Assembly: GCA_032718475.1 (NCBI GenBank)
Contig: JAUCBJ010007687.1
Location: forward strand, 30,951 to 94,950
DNA length: 64,000 bases
DNA from: Nemertoderma westbladi
Lineage: Eukaryota > Animalia > Xenacoelomorpha
Reading direction: 5' to 3'
Position numbers and translations under genes: made by a program
Notes under the pieces: generated by a model
The model's input: the letters and a program-made list of their open reading frames with translations, nothing else
Databases searched by the model: none
What the model was told of the DNA's origin: nothing
Shown: positions 27,101-40,700 of the stretch, piece after piece
Position numbering within the stretch: the first letter of the stretch is position 1
How the letters are laid out: each line of letters opens with the position of its first letter

Positions 27101-30100
27101 GTAACACCAGTGTGTTATACGGACGATGGCGAAAGCCAAACCTCATACGAGGAAAACAGCGGTATCAACTGGTAACAGCTGGTACAGCTGGTAACAACAG
27201 ATTGGTCTTCCATTCCGACGGCAAGAACCCAACTTTATAAATAACTGACCTTTCGCGGAAAAGAGAATCGCGGAACTACATCGGCGTCTTACGGCCAACG
27301 TTCCAGCCAGGGAAATGTATAAAACCCAGCTGAAAAAATTTATTGATAAAGGATACGCGGAGCGAGTTCCGGAAGAAACACCTATAACGGAAAGAACGTA
27401 TTATCTAACACATCATTACGTTCCCAAGCCCGGTAAACCCAACGAAGTCCGGGTAGTGTTTGACGGCTCCGCCCTTTACATGGGTCAATCCCTAAACTCA
27501 GAACTGTTGCCGGGACCCAACTTACTCCAATCCTTGTTACTATTAAGATTATTAATACTATTAAGATTGCGGCAATATTCTATCGCATTCGCTTCGGACA
27601 TAGAAGGCATGTTCTTACAAGTCAAGGCGCTGGATAGGGATCGAGACAGCCTACGATTTCTGTGGTGGCCTGAAGGAGACCTCAACCGAAAACCGGTGGA
27701 GTACTGGATGACCATCCAGGCTTTCGGGATCATCTCGAGCCCCTCGAACGCTTGTTCAGTAGTGCGTACCACTGCCGATGACAACCAAGATGCCTTCTCT
27801 AAAGCAGTTATCGACAACATCAACCGGGATATATACATGGAAGACAATTTAAAGTCCCTCCCATCGGTGGAAGAAGCCATTGATGTTGCCAAGGGAATGG
27901 TAGAGCGCTTGCAACGCGGTGGATTTCGACTAACCAAATTCACTAGTAACTCCCGTGAGTTTCTGGAATCGATCCCGGTAGAAGACCGAGGCGTTAAAGA
28001 TCTAGACCTTATCAAGGACGATCTTCCGGAAACCAAAACACTTGGCTTAAAATGGGACATGGAGAGAGATATCTTGTTTTTCCAGTTAAAACAGTGAGAT
28101 AATCCAGTTAGAACTAAATGGATTTGTCTAAGTATCCTGAGCACTTATTTCGATCCATTGGGATTTATTAGCCCAGTTATATTGGTTGCTCGGAGCTTAG
28201 TGCAACAAATGTGGCTCGAAAACCACTCGTGGGATGATCCACTTAAGGGAGAACTACTAAAGAAGTGGATGAAATGGGAAGATTCTCTATCATCCATCGA
28301 GAACTTTACGATTTCCCATTCATATTTTGGTCATGTTCTCCCCACGTATTCCTATCAACTCCATGTGTTTGGAGACGCCAACGATATGGGAATAGGTATA
28401 GTAGCCTACCTGAGAGTTGAAACTCCGGATGGAATTAAAGTTGCCTCGGTTACCTCTAAGGCCTTGATAAATAACAAACTACGAGTTCCTAGAGCGGAGT
28501 TAAAGGCGGCTCTATACGCTACAGCCATCAACCGGAATGTAACAGAACAGATCGACTATCCACTGGAGAAAACTGTCTATTGGACTGATGCTTTACTCGT
28601 TTTGGAGTATATAACCAATGAAGTCTGTCAGTTCAGCGTCTTCGTTACCAACAGAGTAGCCATTATACTTAGTCGCTCTAATGTAGATCAATTGAGACAT
28701 TGCCCTGGGACGATTAATCCAGCCGACATCGCCTCCAGAGGAGCAACTCCTCAAGAACTGATAGATACTCCAGACTGGTTAGGTGGACCCGACTTCCTGA
28801 GTAAAGAAGAGGATGAATGGCCTCCTCATCTCACCACGGCTGAGATTAGACAAGCCAAGGGAGCGGAGAAAGTCAAACCTAAAACCCGGATGAGTAAATC
28901 AAAGTTATTTAAACCTGTGATAGATCTGTCTGTACTACACATCTCCAGGGACGACACTGTGGATCTAAACTCCCCTACCACAAATAAATCTGTTGTAGAA
29001 ATCAGAGAAAGAGACTGGAAATCTGGAACACCAGACGTCTCGCAAGGACTCTCACCTCTCCTGCAGAGAGCAATAAATCATTATAGCTCCTGGAATTGGC
29101 TTTGTAAGGCCGTCGTGTATCTGAAAAGATGTTTCCATCATCACTATTCCAGGACGAAGATCGCTAGTGATACCGCTCCAAAAATATCCGAAAAGGTCCA
29201 TGCTATCAAAGATCTGCCCACTTACAAAGTGTCGGATAGGTTTCTGACGGAGAAGATCAGTTACCAAGAGCATGAGGAAACCAATAAGCAGATACTGAGA
29301 CTCCTGCAATGCTATGAAGATTCCGATAAGTATTTCCTGTTGTTGAGAAATCCACAGATGCACTTAAGGGATCGTTTCTCTAGCACAATGATAGATGGGT
29401 TAATACGTGTCGGAGGGAGATTAACTAATGCTCCATTATCCTTTGACACTAAGTTTCCCATACTCATTAGAAATCTTGAAATACAAATCAAGATGATTGT
29501 AGATGTTCACAGTAGGCTTTACCATGCTGGTAGAGAACGAGTTCTTAGCGAAATTCGAACTCACTATTATTTCCATAAACCCCGTAGAGCTCTGAACCAA
29601 GTTCTTAGGAACTGTATACCCTGTAGGAAAGCATTCAGTAGGCCTTTAACACAGCAAGAGGCAGAATTACCTAGGGAACGAGTAAGCTTCTATGAACCAC
29701 CCTTTACTAATACCGGTGTGGATTTATTTGGCCCTATTGAAGTATATCGTGCTAGGACTATAGTCAAGCGATGGTGTGTAATCTTTGTCTATATGACTTG
29801 TAGAGCGATCCATCTAGATATGGTGAACGATCTATCTACCAACAGCTTCATACTGAGTTTATGCCGACAGATCGCTCGTTTCGGAACTAGCAACACGATG
29901 AGATCCGACAAGGGAACGAACTTCATTGGTGCCAACAATGAAATCAAGGCTTACGTCAAAGATTGGAACCAAAGACAGGTGGACGATCAGCTAAGGGTAA
30001 CAGCGTCTAGCTGGACCTTCAACGCCACCGACGCCCCTTGGTGGGGAGGAAGTTGGGAGAGATTAATCAGGAGCGTGAAGACCGCATTTCACTTTATAGT

Positions 30101-30719
30101 GCCGTGCCGCGCGTATCTCACCGACGAACTTTTGCGGACGTTAATGGAGGAAATCGCCGCCTATCTCAACAAGAGACCGCTTATGCCAGTCTCATCGAGT
30201 CCCGATTCCCTGGAAGCGCTAACACCCGCGCACTTCCTACTGAAGAAACCTGTAGCCATGCTCCCACGATCGGAAATCACGGACAGAGACGAATACTGCC
30301 GGCAAACTTGGCAACTTATGCAGTTGTTATCCCGTCGTTTCGCTGACCATTTCGAAAAACATTATCTGCCGACACAACAACTTCGAACCAAGTGGTTTGC
30401 GCAGCAAGAAAACGTCATCGCCGGAGACATGGTCCTTATTGTGGATTCATATCTTCCACGTAAGCGGTGGCAGACAGGTCGTATCATCGAGACTCATATC
30501 TCGGATGATGGTTTGGTGCGATCGGTAGAACTCGTCGTCATGCGACGTAACTTTAAGAAACCGGGAATTGTCTTCGAGACGCAGCAACTCAACCGCCCAG
30601 TTGGTCGTTTATGTTTACTGGAAAGAGACAGAGAACTCTCCGGAAACTATGGAAGGCAAGATACTCTTCCCACGACCACCTCCCTAATCCAACAAACATC
30701 TAGGGACTCCCCAACGTAA
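24186..30719 (+). pseudogene. gag-pol of element B (premature stops, protease and knuckle region deleted)
   Basis: Homologous to A. RT motif degenerate (YMEDNL), RNase H LHVFGDAN, integrase GVDLFGP, SDKGTNF and WERLIRSVK. About 1.6 kb missing near 27160-27200. Confidence 0.92.
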
Positions 30720-32050
30720 CAGCGTCTGGAGTGGGTGTGTGACTACATTATTTTATATTTTTTTATTATTTTTATATTTATGTATGCATTATTATGTAAT
30801 TTCATTATTATAATCGTTTTCTTTAATTTTATTTAGTGGATTATTATTTTAGCGATTATTAAGTAGATTAGTGCAATATATATTCGTGTTTATTACTTAA
30901 TTACTTAGCATTATACATTTCGTTTAACGGCGAGAAACAATTCATTTTCTCTTTCCTTACTGTCCGTATCATATTACAAATACGTGACTACAGTAAGATG
31001 AAATGTCCGTACTTATTAAAAAGTACAATACCGCCCCTACTATAATCAAGTATTATTGGTAAGTAGAGTATTGAGTATTAGGAATGCAAAGTTCAGATCC
31101 TCTTGTCTCGGCTAAACCAAGCTCTGGGTAGACCTTGGAAACGACTTGTCTCTTCTCACTGACATTGCTTCTTGCAATATTGCTCTCATACCGTATATTA
31201 AATAATACATATAGTAGAATGATGTCCATTTAACAGTAGCGTTAAAATGCAAAATAAATCTGTTAAACCCTTTGACCATCTGAAATTCTAGTCGATTAAG
31301 ATATTGCGGCACCCACCGATATACTTGAAAGACAAAATTCTAGAATCAGTGGTTAATGTCCCCAGACATGTTCTGGAATAAATCGGTGCCCATCTTAAAT
31401 ATTAAACATTTAATAAATATTTATAAAATCTATTAAAACAAACGTTATAATAGAGTAAATGCTGACAAATAAACTCTAAAGAGTTTGTAAACCAAAAATC
31501 TGTTAAAATTTAGATCCTTTAAATTTCTAGTCAATTAAGATATCGTAGCCCTTACCGATACTCTTAAAAAGACAAATTTCCTAGAATTAAGGATCCTAGT
31601 CCCCAGACATGCTCTGGAATAAAATTGTGTCTATTTTAATGTCAAATAATAAAATTTACGGGAATAAATTTTAAATTCATATCCTCTCATAAATTTGATA
31701 AATTGTCATTTTTACAATTTATAACATTCCGAAAATTCCATTAATTAATAGATCATGGGAGCGGAGATTCACCCTATTAAGTATATTAGTGTGCAAGAAT
31801 CTCCAATGTATAGTCAATAGCCGATAAAATTCATAAAATCATGTATAAAGGGGAATATTGACAATTAAAGAATTACTATTAAACAGCATCCCAGATCTGT
31901 ATGCATGGGAATTACCCTAATTCTACTGCTAGCTTTCCATAATGTCACCATAGCAACAACCACGCTAGAATTAGAAGCGAGTTAAAAGAACAATAGAAAG
32001 CTTGCCCCATTGAATAGCATACGGAATAAATAGCACCCTGCTAGTATCCA

Positions 32051-34350
32051 GTAAGCAACCGAGGGTGGACTCTCTATAGCCTCTGTCTAGCTCTATATAA
32101 TAACTAATAATAACGAACCCCATCCTCTTATAATATATAACTCTGTAGTAGTCAGTAGCAGTAGTAATAATAGTAGTAGTAGTAGTAGTATAAGTAGTAA
32201 GTAATAGTAAAGGAGATCGGTTTAAACCAAAGTGATAAAGTAACATTATTATATAACATAATCATATAGACAAAGTAGAATAAGATACAGATTCATAATT
32301 ATTTTATCAAACTCATGTACTACTTACTTCAATGTGCCAATTGTAACAATAATTAAACATATTATTCCGATTAATCTGCGTTTGGCCCTATAAGATATTA
32401 TACTGAAGTGTTTTATATCAATATATCCATGCGAGTAAACAAGAAGTGAAGTAAATGTTTATTATTATAGTTTTAGAAATTGAATGATATACCCAAGATA
32501 GTGAAATAGATAATATACAAGAAATTGCCATTTGATCAGATATATCAAAACGGCGTCTTTAGTATAATACCGTAATAGTATCAATTAACTCTGTTATACA
32601 ATGTAAATAAAAAAAATAAATACTAAATCTATTTATAAATATATTATGAGCCCTACATTGTATATTGCTCCTACAAGTAGACAATGTAGTATGTTAAAAC
32701 TTGATATAATTTGGTATAATGTATAACATATTACAAATAAGACTGAGGCAGCTAAACTATATTGCAAAGAAATCAAATATCCTAAAGTAATATACTAGAC
32801 CCTCCCTCCACCCTATAAATAGTGTTCACCACCTACCCCACCCACCGCCCTTATTACTTCATAATAATGAAAGAAAGTACTGGCGCTCCGGTCACTCCGT
32901 TCCCTCCGCTGGGGGGGTTAAGTTGTAGATTTTGACACTATGCAAAATCCGAGCACAGAGTTAGAAGCGCATTGGATAGGCGAACATTTCTTGCAGTGAA
33001 AGTATTTCCATACCTATTATAGTTTTCGAGATAGTCAGACATGAGTAGCTTAAATTTGAATTTTTTTTGGTAAAGTCTGATTTCACCGGTACCTATCATC
33101 CGAAATATGGATTGTGATATATCGTTAGATGCGGGTCCACTAACTGTACATTCACATATTTTCAAGGAAAAAATTCGATCAAGGGTTTTCGAAATATTTT
33201 CGAATTACCGGAAGCAGACTTGGGACGACCATATCTCCGGTACCGGTAGGCCTATTGAGTCGAAATTTTTTTTAATCTACTTAGAACACTCCAGTGAATG
33301 TTTTTTAGTTTGAAAGTTTTGCCCCAAAATGCTCAGAAGTAATTTCGAAAAAACTGATCATTTCGCGATCATGATCTTTTGACCCCCTAGAATTGAACTT
33401 TTTTATGGTCAAATTTTGGCTACCCCCCCTAATTCGAGGGTGAGGAATCTTTTTGTAATGTTAAGTTTTTTCATACGGTAAACTCACAGGACTTGGTCTT
33501 CGAAATAAAACCGAAAACATGATCTTTCCTGATCATGGCCTGATCAAATCGCTTTTTGAAAATTTTGAAATGCTCAAAAGTTGCCCCTTCTTAATAGAAG
33601 TCGATTAGTAAAAAAAAAATCGGGGGTCTCAAACAAAGTTTTAGAGAAAATCGGGAAAAACTGAAAAACACGATCTTTTATGATCAGGAAGCTGATCTCG
33701 AGAACTGGTTGCCCGATCGAGCCAATTTTTTTTAATCAACTCAGAATAGACCATTGCACATTTCTTACAATGAATGTTTATTAGAAAAATGCTTAGATTC
33801 GATTTTAAATATACTGATCTTTTCGCGATCATGATCTTGAGTTTTGACCCACTAGACTTGAACTTTTTTATGCCAAAATTTTGGCTACCCCCCATAATTC
33901 GAGGGCGAGGAATCTTTTTGTGATGTTAAGTTTTTCCATACTGTGAACTCCCAGGACTTGGTCTTCAAAATAAAACCGAAAACACGATCTTTTCTGATCG
34001 CGGCCTGATCAAATCGCTTTTTGAAAATTTCGAAATGCTCAAAAGTTGCCCCTTCATCATAGAAGTCGATTCGTAAAAAAAAAATCGGGGGTCTCAAACA
34101 AAGTTTTCGAGAAAATTTGAAAAAACCGAAAAATATCATCTTTAATGATCAGGTATCAGATCTCGAGAACAGGTTGTCCGATCGGGCCAATTTTTTTTTT
34201 AATCGACTCAGGGCGGTGTTCTGAACGTTTCCTACAGTAATTGTTTATATCCAAAATGCTTAGTTACGATTTTACGAAGTCCGATCTTTGCGCGATCATG
34301 ATCTTGCGTTTTGACCGGGAAGAATTCACTTTTTTAAAATCTTTTAACGG
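32051..34350. mobile_element. Foreign insertion in element B with a roughly 465-bp tandem duplication (non-autonomous DNA transposon-like)
   Basis: No counterpart in A, where 5700-6768 occupies this position. The motif cgcgatcatgatctt recurs at about 33364, 33824 and 34291. Confidence 0.6.
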
Positions 34351-34355
34351 GAATC

Positions 34356-37247
34356 ATGATTCCGGAATACTCGTTCAGGCCTCCTCACTCCCTAGTGAGA
34401 CCTCAGACTCTTGATCCTAATAGTATGACGGATCCTCCTGAACTGTACTCACTGTTCAAAGATCTAGTGTTACCCGAACAATTAGTCGGTGGCACTCCGG
34501 TAGTGGGCTCTCTAGATATTCGCCCATCCTACCTAGCCGGATTGGGACGCGGACATTTAATATCGCCGTTCAACCCATATAATCGTCCCGGTTTAACCCC
34601 GATACAACCAGTCACCGAGGTTAAGGAGAGCGTTGTACGAAACGCGTTAGACGCTATTCGGCAAAAGATCGGAAAAGGAACTTACGATTGTTTAGATAAA
34701 CGTAAATTGCAGCAGCCAGTCCAAGCGGTAAAAGAATTAGCCTTATCTCAGTTTGATCAGGAGATCCAGAATCTCGAAGAAAATATCGAACTTGGACGAA
34801 CCTACTCTCTGCAAGAGTTCTTAAACGAACGCTTCCAATGACTAGCGGAGGAAAATCAGCTCAAGGAGAAGCATATCGAAATGGACGAGAGAGAAGAAGC
34901 AGCTTTAGCCCAGCCAGAAGCTCAAATCCTTATGACTGATCTCTATTCCAAAACCATTATTCATCCTTCAATGGTTCCCCATTTCGGAGACAAACTCTTC
35001 GCCACGGTACAACCCCAACCGGTTGATATCAACCTAAGATCTAGAGATCTTATCGCTGACGCTCCTATGTTACAACGTCCACCAATCAAGGCCGCTCGTG
35101 TCGACGGTATACTCGTTGAACCTCCGGACAATCAAGCGGATCTTATCCGTCATATGGTACACGCGGTCAACCTATGCGCTAGACCTTTACCGAACTCATT
35201 TTATGGGATCAAAGACCATCCTTATTATGTCAATTTAACTCAATATTATATGGTGAAACCGGAAGACCCTACGTACAGTTTAAGGTTTCTACCACTGATA
35301 AACCCCCTAGATCTTGTTGAACTCGAACAACTACAGAAACATCTAGATCAATTGGTCAAAGTAAACTCGTTCAGAAAACCTTATAATGTTTCCAGAATAG
35401 AAAAGGATATAATGCCTCCGTATAATCTCGATGGATTTATTAAAACTCGATTAGTCCATTGGAATCTCGACGTATTATTCGAGGAAGGGAGAATACAACG
35501 ATATGGAGATGTAGAGATGTACACTACATATTATCTGAAGTATAGCGATCTACCTAACGCGAGCGAACGCGCCACATTATGGCATCCGGTGGGTATGACC
35601 ATAGAAAACGCCACCAAAGAGTGGAACGAAACTCTTAACATTATTGAAATGTATGGAGTTGTCACCTACGATAACGAAGGTAGCATTCCGGTTGGAGAAC
35701 TAGGAACTACGTGGATGATACACATATGTGGTCTAGCTGGTTCTACCCATGTGTTTACCCGAGCGTGTTCCGACGTGATCGATTATTCTTTTGAGACTCT
35801 CACCGAGATACAAAAGAAACTCCGACATGGACAATTCGAACTCGCGCAGCGTTACGTTACCGATACCGAGCGCAAACCGGCCATGGGTATAGATGGATTG
35901 ATGTTGCCCCAGCCAGTGCTCGAGATGCTGTTTAACGAAAGAATCATTAAAATCGGCTCAGCTGTTTATGGAGATCTCCAAAATGACTTCAGAAACATGG
36001 AGAATATCCCATATCCTTTCGTAGACGCCCAGCTGATTGCTCCCTGGGCAGAAGGCCGAGGTTTCTTCCGATCTATGTATGCCAATACATCCAGCGGAAT
36101 CAATAAAGTACAACGAACCTCTATCGGACATCTTGCCTTCCAAGAATACGTATGGAATTTCAAAGTTGGAAACCCTGTCAGCTACCAACAAGTATATGGA
36201 GATCATTATTCTCGATTATACTTCGATGGACCATTAACCGCACCTGGCGTCGTTTATAGCTTCATGAGTGTTCCACTCCGTCCCTCATTAGCTATATACA
36301 CTATCTTAGAGAACGCCGCACTTGCCGGTTGGCTAGCCGATGTGTGCAGTCGCACTATACGCGCCCATCCCTTGTTACTTGGAACCAAACTCGCCAAGCT
36401 AGATGAACACAATAAATTCATCCGATTCGAATGCTTTAGGTGCTTTCTGACTCCGTTCCGTAACGTTGATAGTCAGTTCAAGGACCGCGCTCTGACTAAG
36501 CTCAGCCTAAGAGACTCAGCTGCTGAGAAGTTAGACAGCGCTGGATTCGCCATTTTCAAGGACGTTTGTATACAGAACTTACATTCCTCTGTTATACAAA
36601 GACCCCGAATCCCCACAGGTTATTCTATCGTGGAAGTTCAAACAGTGGGTTCGCTTGAGGAGTCAGCTATACCTACCTCAGCTATGCAATTGGAAGACGA
36701 ACCAATTTGCTTAGAATCAGAGGAGATTCAACCCACAGCGCCCAGGAGCAGTGACAATGATTACGTCTTGGAATGGTATCAAGGTCCATAATGTCTCACC
36801 GCATACGATTATCGGCATGCCAATTATGTTTCTAGGAAACGTTGCCGATTATGCGCATCACGAGACCACTTCACCCCGTTGGACTCCAGCGTACCCTGCT
36901 CCTACTTTAAAGATCAACCTACCATGGAGATCTATTGTTCGTATTGTAGACTCAATAACTTACACATCTTCGCAGTCTACCCTCAATTTATGACTCAATG
37001 CCATCATTGCCAGTTTAAAGGACACGCAAGTTTCGATTGCCCTTTCAACCGAGATCTGGAAAGCATAGACGAAATGGTTGCCCTGCGCTACATTCGAGCC
37101 TGGGAAGCTAACATGGATCTCCATTGCGAGTCACGTCATCGATACTACCCTGGACGTGCCTATGAAGGAGTCTATGCGTTTCACCCGTATCTCTTTGCTT
37201 CCGTTGAGCAAAAATCTCGCACACCGAGCTACGAGCTAATGAAGCGT
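34356..37247 (+). pseudogene. Extra ORF3 of element B: DEDDy (WRN/EXD-like) 3'-5' exonuclease domain plus CCHC zinc fingers; continues at 42981-43506
   Basis: ORFs 34356, 34881 and 36879 share one frame and are separated by single stops (copy A has CGA where B has TGA 34839). Motifs VVTYDNEG, LPQPVLEMLFNERIIKIGSAVYGD, FVDAQLIA, PLRPSLAIYTILE and CHHCQFKGHASFDC. Confidence 0.72.
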
Positions 37248-37488
37248 TGTCGCAAATATACAGTACTGTACACGATTTATGTGTTACAGTATCTTTGCGA
37301 GGTATTGCTACCGGTATATATTGTTATTGACAATCTGATTATTATACTGACAGAAGGATGTATCGTTTTATATATGACTGCTACTTCTTCTACTATTGTC
37401 TGACAGTGGGATACTGCAGCTGCAGATACTGAGATACATCTATACCATTGGTACACTATCATAGAGTCGGTTGATAGTTTGTACATTT

Positions 37489-37506
37489 TGGTGCCTGGAC
37501 CCGGAT
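37489..37506 (+). promoter_or_regulatory. Primer-binding site of element C (tRNA-His-like)
   Basis: TGGTGCCTGGACCCGGAT lies 3 nt after the LTR and resembles the complement of a tRNA-His 3' end (TGGTGCCGTGACTCGGAT). Confidence 0.7.
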
Positions 37507-37767
37507 GGATGGCGCTACCGAAATGAATTAAGAATCTGTTCTGCATACATCCACTGCAAGACAGCAAGAGCAGGATAACTGCTAAACCGCGAGATTCAGA
37601 TATATTGTACCTATGTACGGTTGTACTAAAAATAAAGATAACGCTAGGCAGATAGGCCTAAATACCGCGTTGATTGATACCGGTACCGGAAGTCGGGTAC
37701 AGCACGGTACAGTACTGCGTTAGTTAGTACTCTCGTACATCTGTACTATTCTGCTATTTGATATATA

Positions 37768-40700
37768 ATGGCTGATGAAACCCTACCTAAGTTAAGAAGG
37801 CGTAGGGCGGGCCATAGGTCAGCAATAAATCGTCTAATTGGTGAACTACACAACGCAATGTACTCTGATCATAGAAACCGTATCGTCCATGATGTTCCTG
37901 ACATTGACACTATAGCTGACTTGGCGTCTGCATTAGGCCATCAACGTAAAAAGATTTTAGATCTTCAGGAACAAATAGAAAATTGCGTCGATGACGAGGA
38001 TGAGTTGACATTAGAGATAGACTCCGGTTCTAAGGACGAATTACAACTCTCCTCACTATTACGGCGTGCTGAAAAGGTTTTAAACGGTGAAGATGCTGCA
38101 TCTGTTGTTATCGGTACCGGTAGGGAAAGGAACCAGTTTGAAGAAACCCTTCCCCACCAATATAGTAGAGATGTGGGATCTCGCCAAAAACTGCCAACTC
38201 TAAACTTACCTAAATTTAGTGGTGAACCGATTGAATGGCCTAACTTCTGGGATAGGTTCGAGGACGCCATTCATAAACGCGCAGACTTGGCGGGTGCATC
38301 AAAATTTACGTATTTAGAAGGGCAGTTATCAGGCGAAGCGTCAGTTCTAATAGAGAACTTTCAGCATTCAAATGATGATTATATTGAGGCTATTAATTTG
38401 CTGAAGTCGACATACGGACAAAAGAAACTTATAATGCGTTCGCGTTTACACGCTGTCTTTGATCTCGAGACTCCCAAGCCGACCGTTCGAGATTTAGCGT
38501 CGTTTAGGGCGAATTACGAATCCCAGTTGCGATGAATAAATCAGCTGGGAGGCAACATCGAGGAGGCCGGTTACATATACGCAGAGATGATACTCCGGAA
38601 ACTCCCTGCAACCGTATGCAGTAATATTAACCGCGCCGCACGTTCAACCTACTGGACACTCGATGATTTACGAGCTGCTTTAAATGACGAGATAGAGCAA
38701 CTCCGGGCAACAGAGTCTATTACTGTTTATCAGAAACAGGATAAACGTTCTAAGCCTAAAGATGATAGGGGAACTTTATCATAAGACTCTCGAGAATCTG
38801 TTTACTCGGAAGCTAAGGGAGGAACAGCAGGTTCCTTTACTACTACTTCCAATTCGCACAAATACCAGCAGAAACGACGACAGGTTACCTGCTATTTGTG
38901 TCAGGCTGAACATCCGATTCGTCTGTGTGATCACTATAAAACTCCGGCTGCGAAATTAGCTCGAGTAAAGGAACTACGACTGTGTACAAATTGCCTGCGA
39001 CGTAGACATGAGGGGATTTTGTGTCCTAGTCAATACACATGTCAAGTTTGTGGCCAGTCACATCACACAGTATTACATCTCGATTCGAAGGCGAAATCTT
39101 CGAATCCATCAGTTACTACAACTGTAACTGCCGATGGTAGTTGTTTAACTGTTTCCGGCAGTCCACTGTCGTGTTTACTTCCTACCGCTATTGCTCGTAT
39201 CCCCTTCATTGCAAATGAGAAGGAGGATATATATTCGATTCGAGCTCTACTCGATCAATCATCTCAACGTACGTTTATTTTAAAGCGAATTGTAAAGGCA
39301 CTAGATCTATCAGTTAGTAGACAGGTCTGGGAGACAATAGATGGCTTTAAGAAACAAGGGAAAAGGGAACCCTATGACGAAGTTACATTTCAGATTTTAA
39401 CATCCGATGGTGTAGTCAATGCCTGGGCTTTAGTCGTAGACGTTCTCCCTTCACGATTGAATTCCCCTGGCCGTACCTTAGCCATGTCTAGAATGCAAAT
39501 GCGAGGTTTTAAGTTGTCAGACCCTCGTACTGGTGACGACTTATCCGATATTGGTATTTTGATTGGAGTAGACCAATATTACAACTTTGTTTATGGAGAA
39601 CGAGTTGAGGGGGGATTATACCGTATCCCATCTAATCTCGGTGACATTTTTGCTGGTAGTCTACCCTGTCCCAAACCCTCGAGTACATGTGAACAAGCAA
39701 TGAATATAACAGTTCTCAACGTTGGTTGTAGAGAAGAAACCGATAATGATAGACTTAACACATCGTTAGAGAAATTATGGCGTCTCGATACAATAGGAAT
39801 TCGTACAAAGGACCCTAACGACCTAGCAGTAATAAATATCCGCGAATTTGAAGACAGTATTCGGTATGTTGACGGGCGATATATTGTGCGGTTACCATGG
39901 CAACCAAACTGTCCTTCCTTGCCATCTAACTACAGGTTAGCCATTAAATGCCTCCATTCAACACTATCGAAATTAAAAAAATCTCCTGCTTTATTAGAAT
40001 GTTATAATGACATTATTTTACAGCAACTGGAGCGAGGTTTTATCGAGTTTGCGCCTCATCACGTACCCTCTGGAACAAAAATTCACTACCTTCCACATCA
40101 CGGTGTAGAAAAGGCGTCAGTTACTACACCATTACGAATAGTATTTAATTGTTCGGCTCACTGTAAAGATGATGCGAGTTTGAACGATTGCCTATATCCT
40201 GGGCCATCGATGATGGAGAATATCGTAACACTGTTATTGCGATTCCGTATTGATCCATGGTGTTTCATAGCCGATATTGAGAAAGCGTTTCTACAGGTTG
40301 GTCTGAGTGAGTTAGATCGTGACGTCACTCGGTTCCTATGGCCGAAGGATCCCACCGACCCGAATAGTTCCTGGAACACCTATCGGTTTAAAGTGGTTTT
40401 ATTTGGAGCAACGTGTTCACAGTTCCTATTAAACGCTACAGTGCGACACCATATTAAGGTTCTAGACCCACCTTGTGCTCAACGCATAATAAACAATTTA
40501 TATGTTGATAATTTACAAGGTACTGATAAATGTGAACAAAGTTTGATTTCTCATTACAATAATTGTCGCGGTATTTTAGCCGCTGGTGGTTTTCCATTAA
40601 GAGAATGGGTAACAAATTCACCTGAATTGGCTAAAGTTATAGAATTGAATAAAGACGGTCCAAAAGTTTCTAAAGTAAATCAAAATATATTTGGTTTACG

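Noticed and set aside
34881-36791. ORF3 as an envelope gene or an independent host gene
   Set aside because: No signal peptide, TM segment or introns. It lies within the LTRs, and flanking parts of the same ORF are present in copy A.
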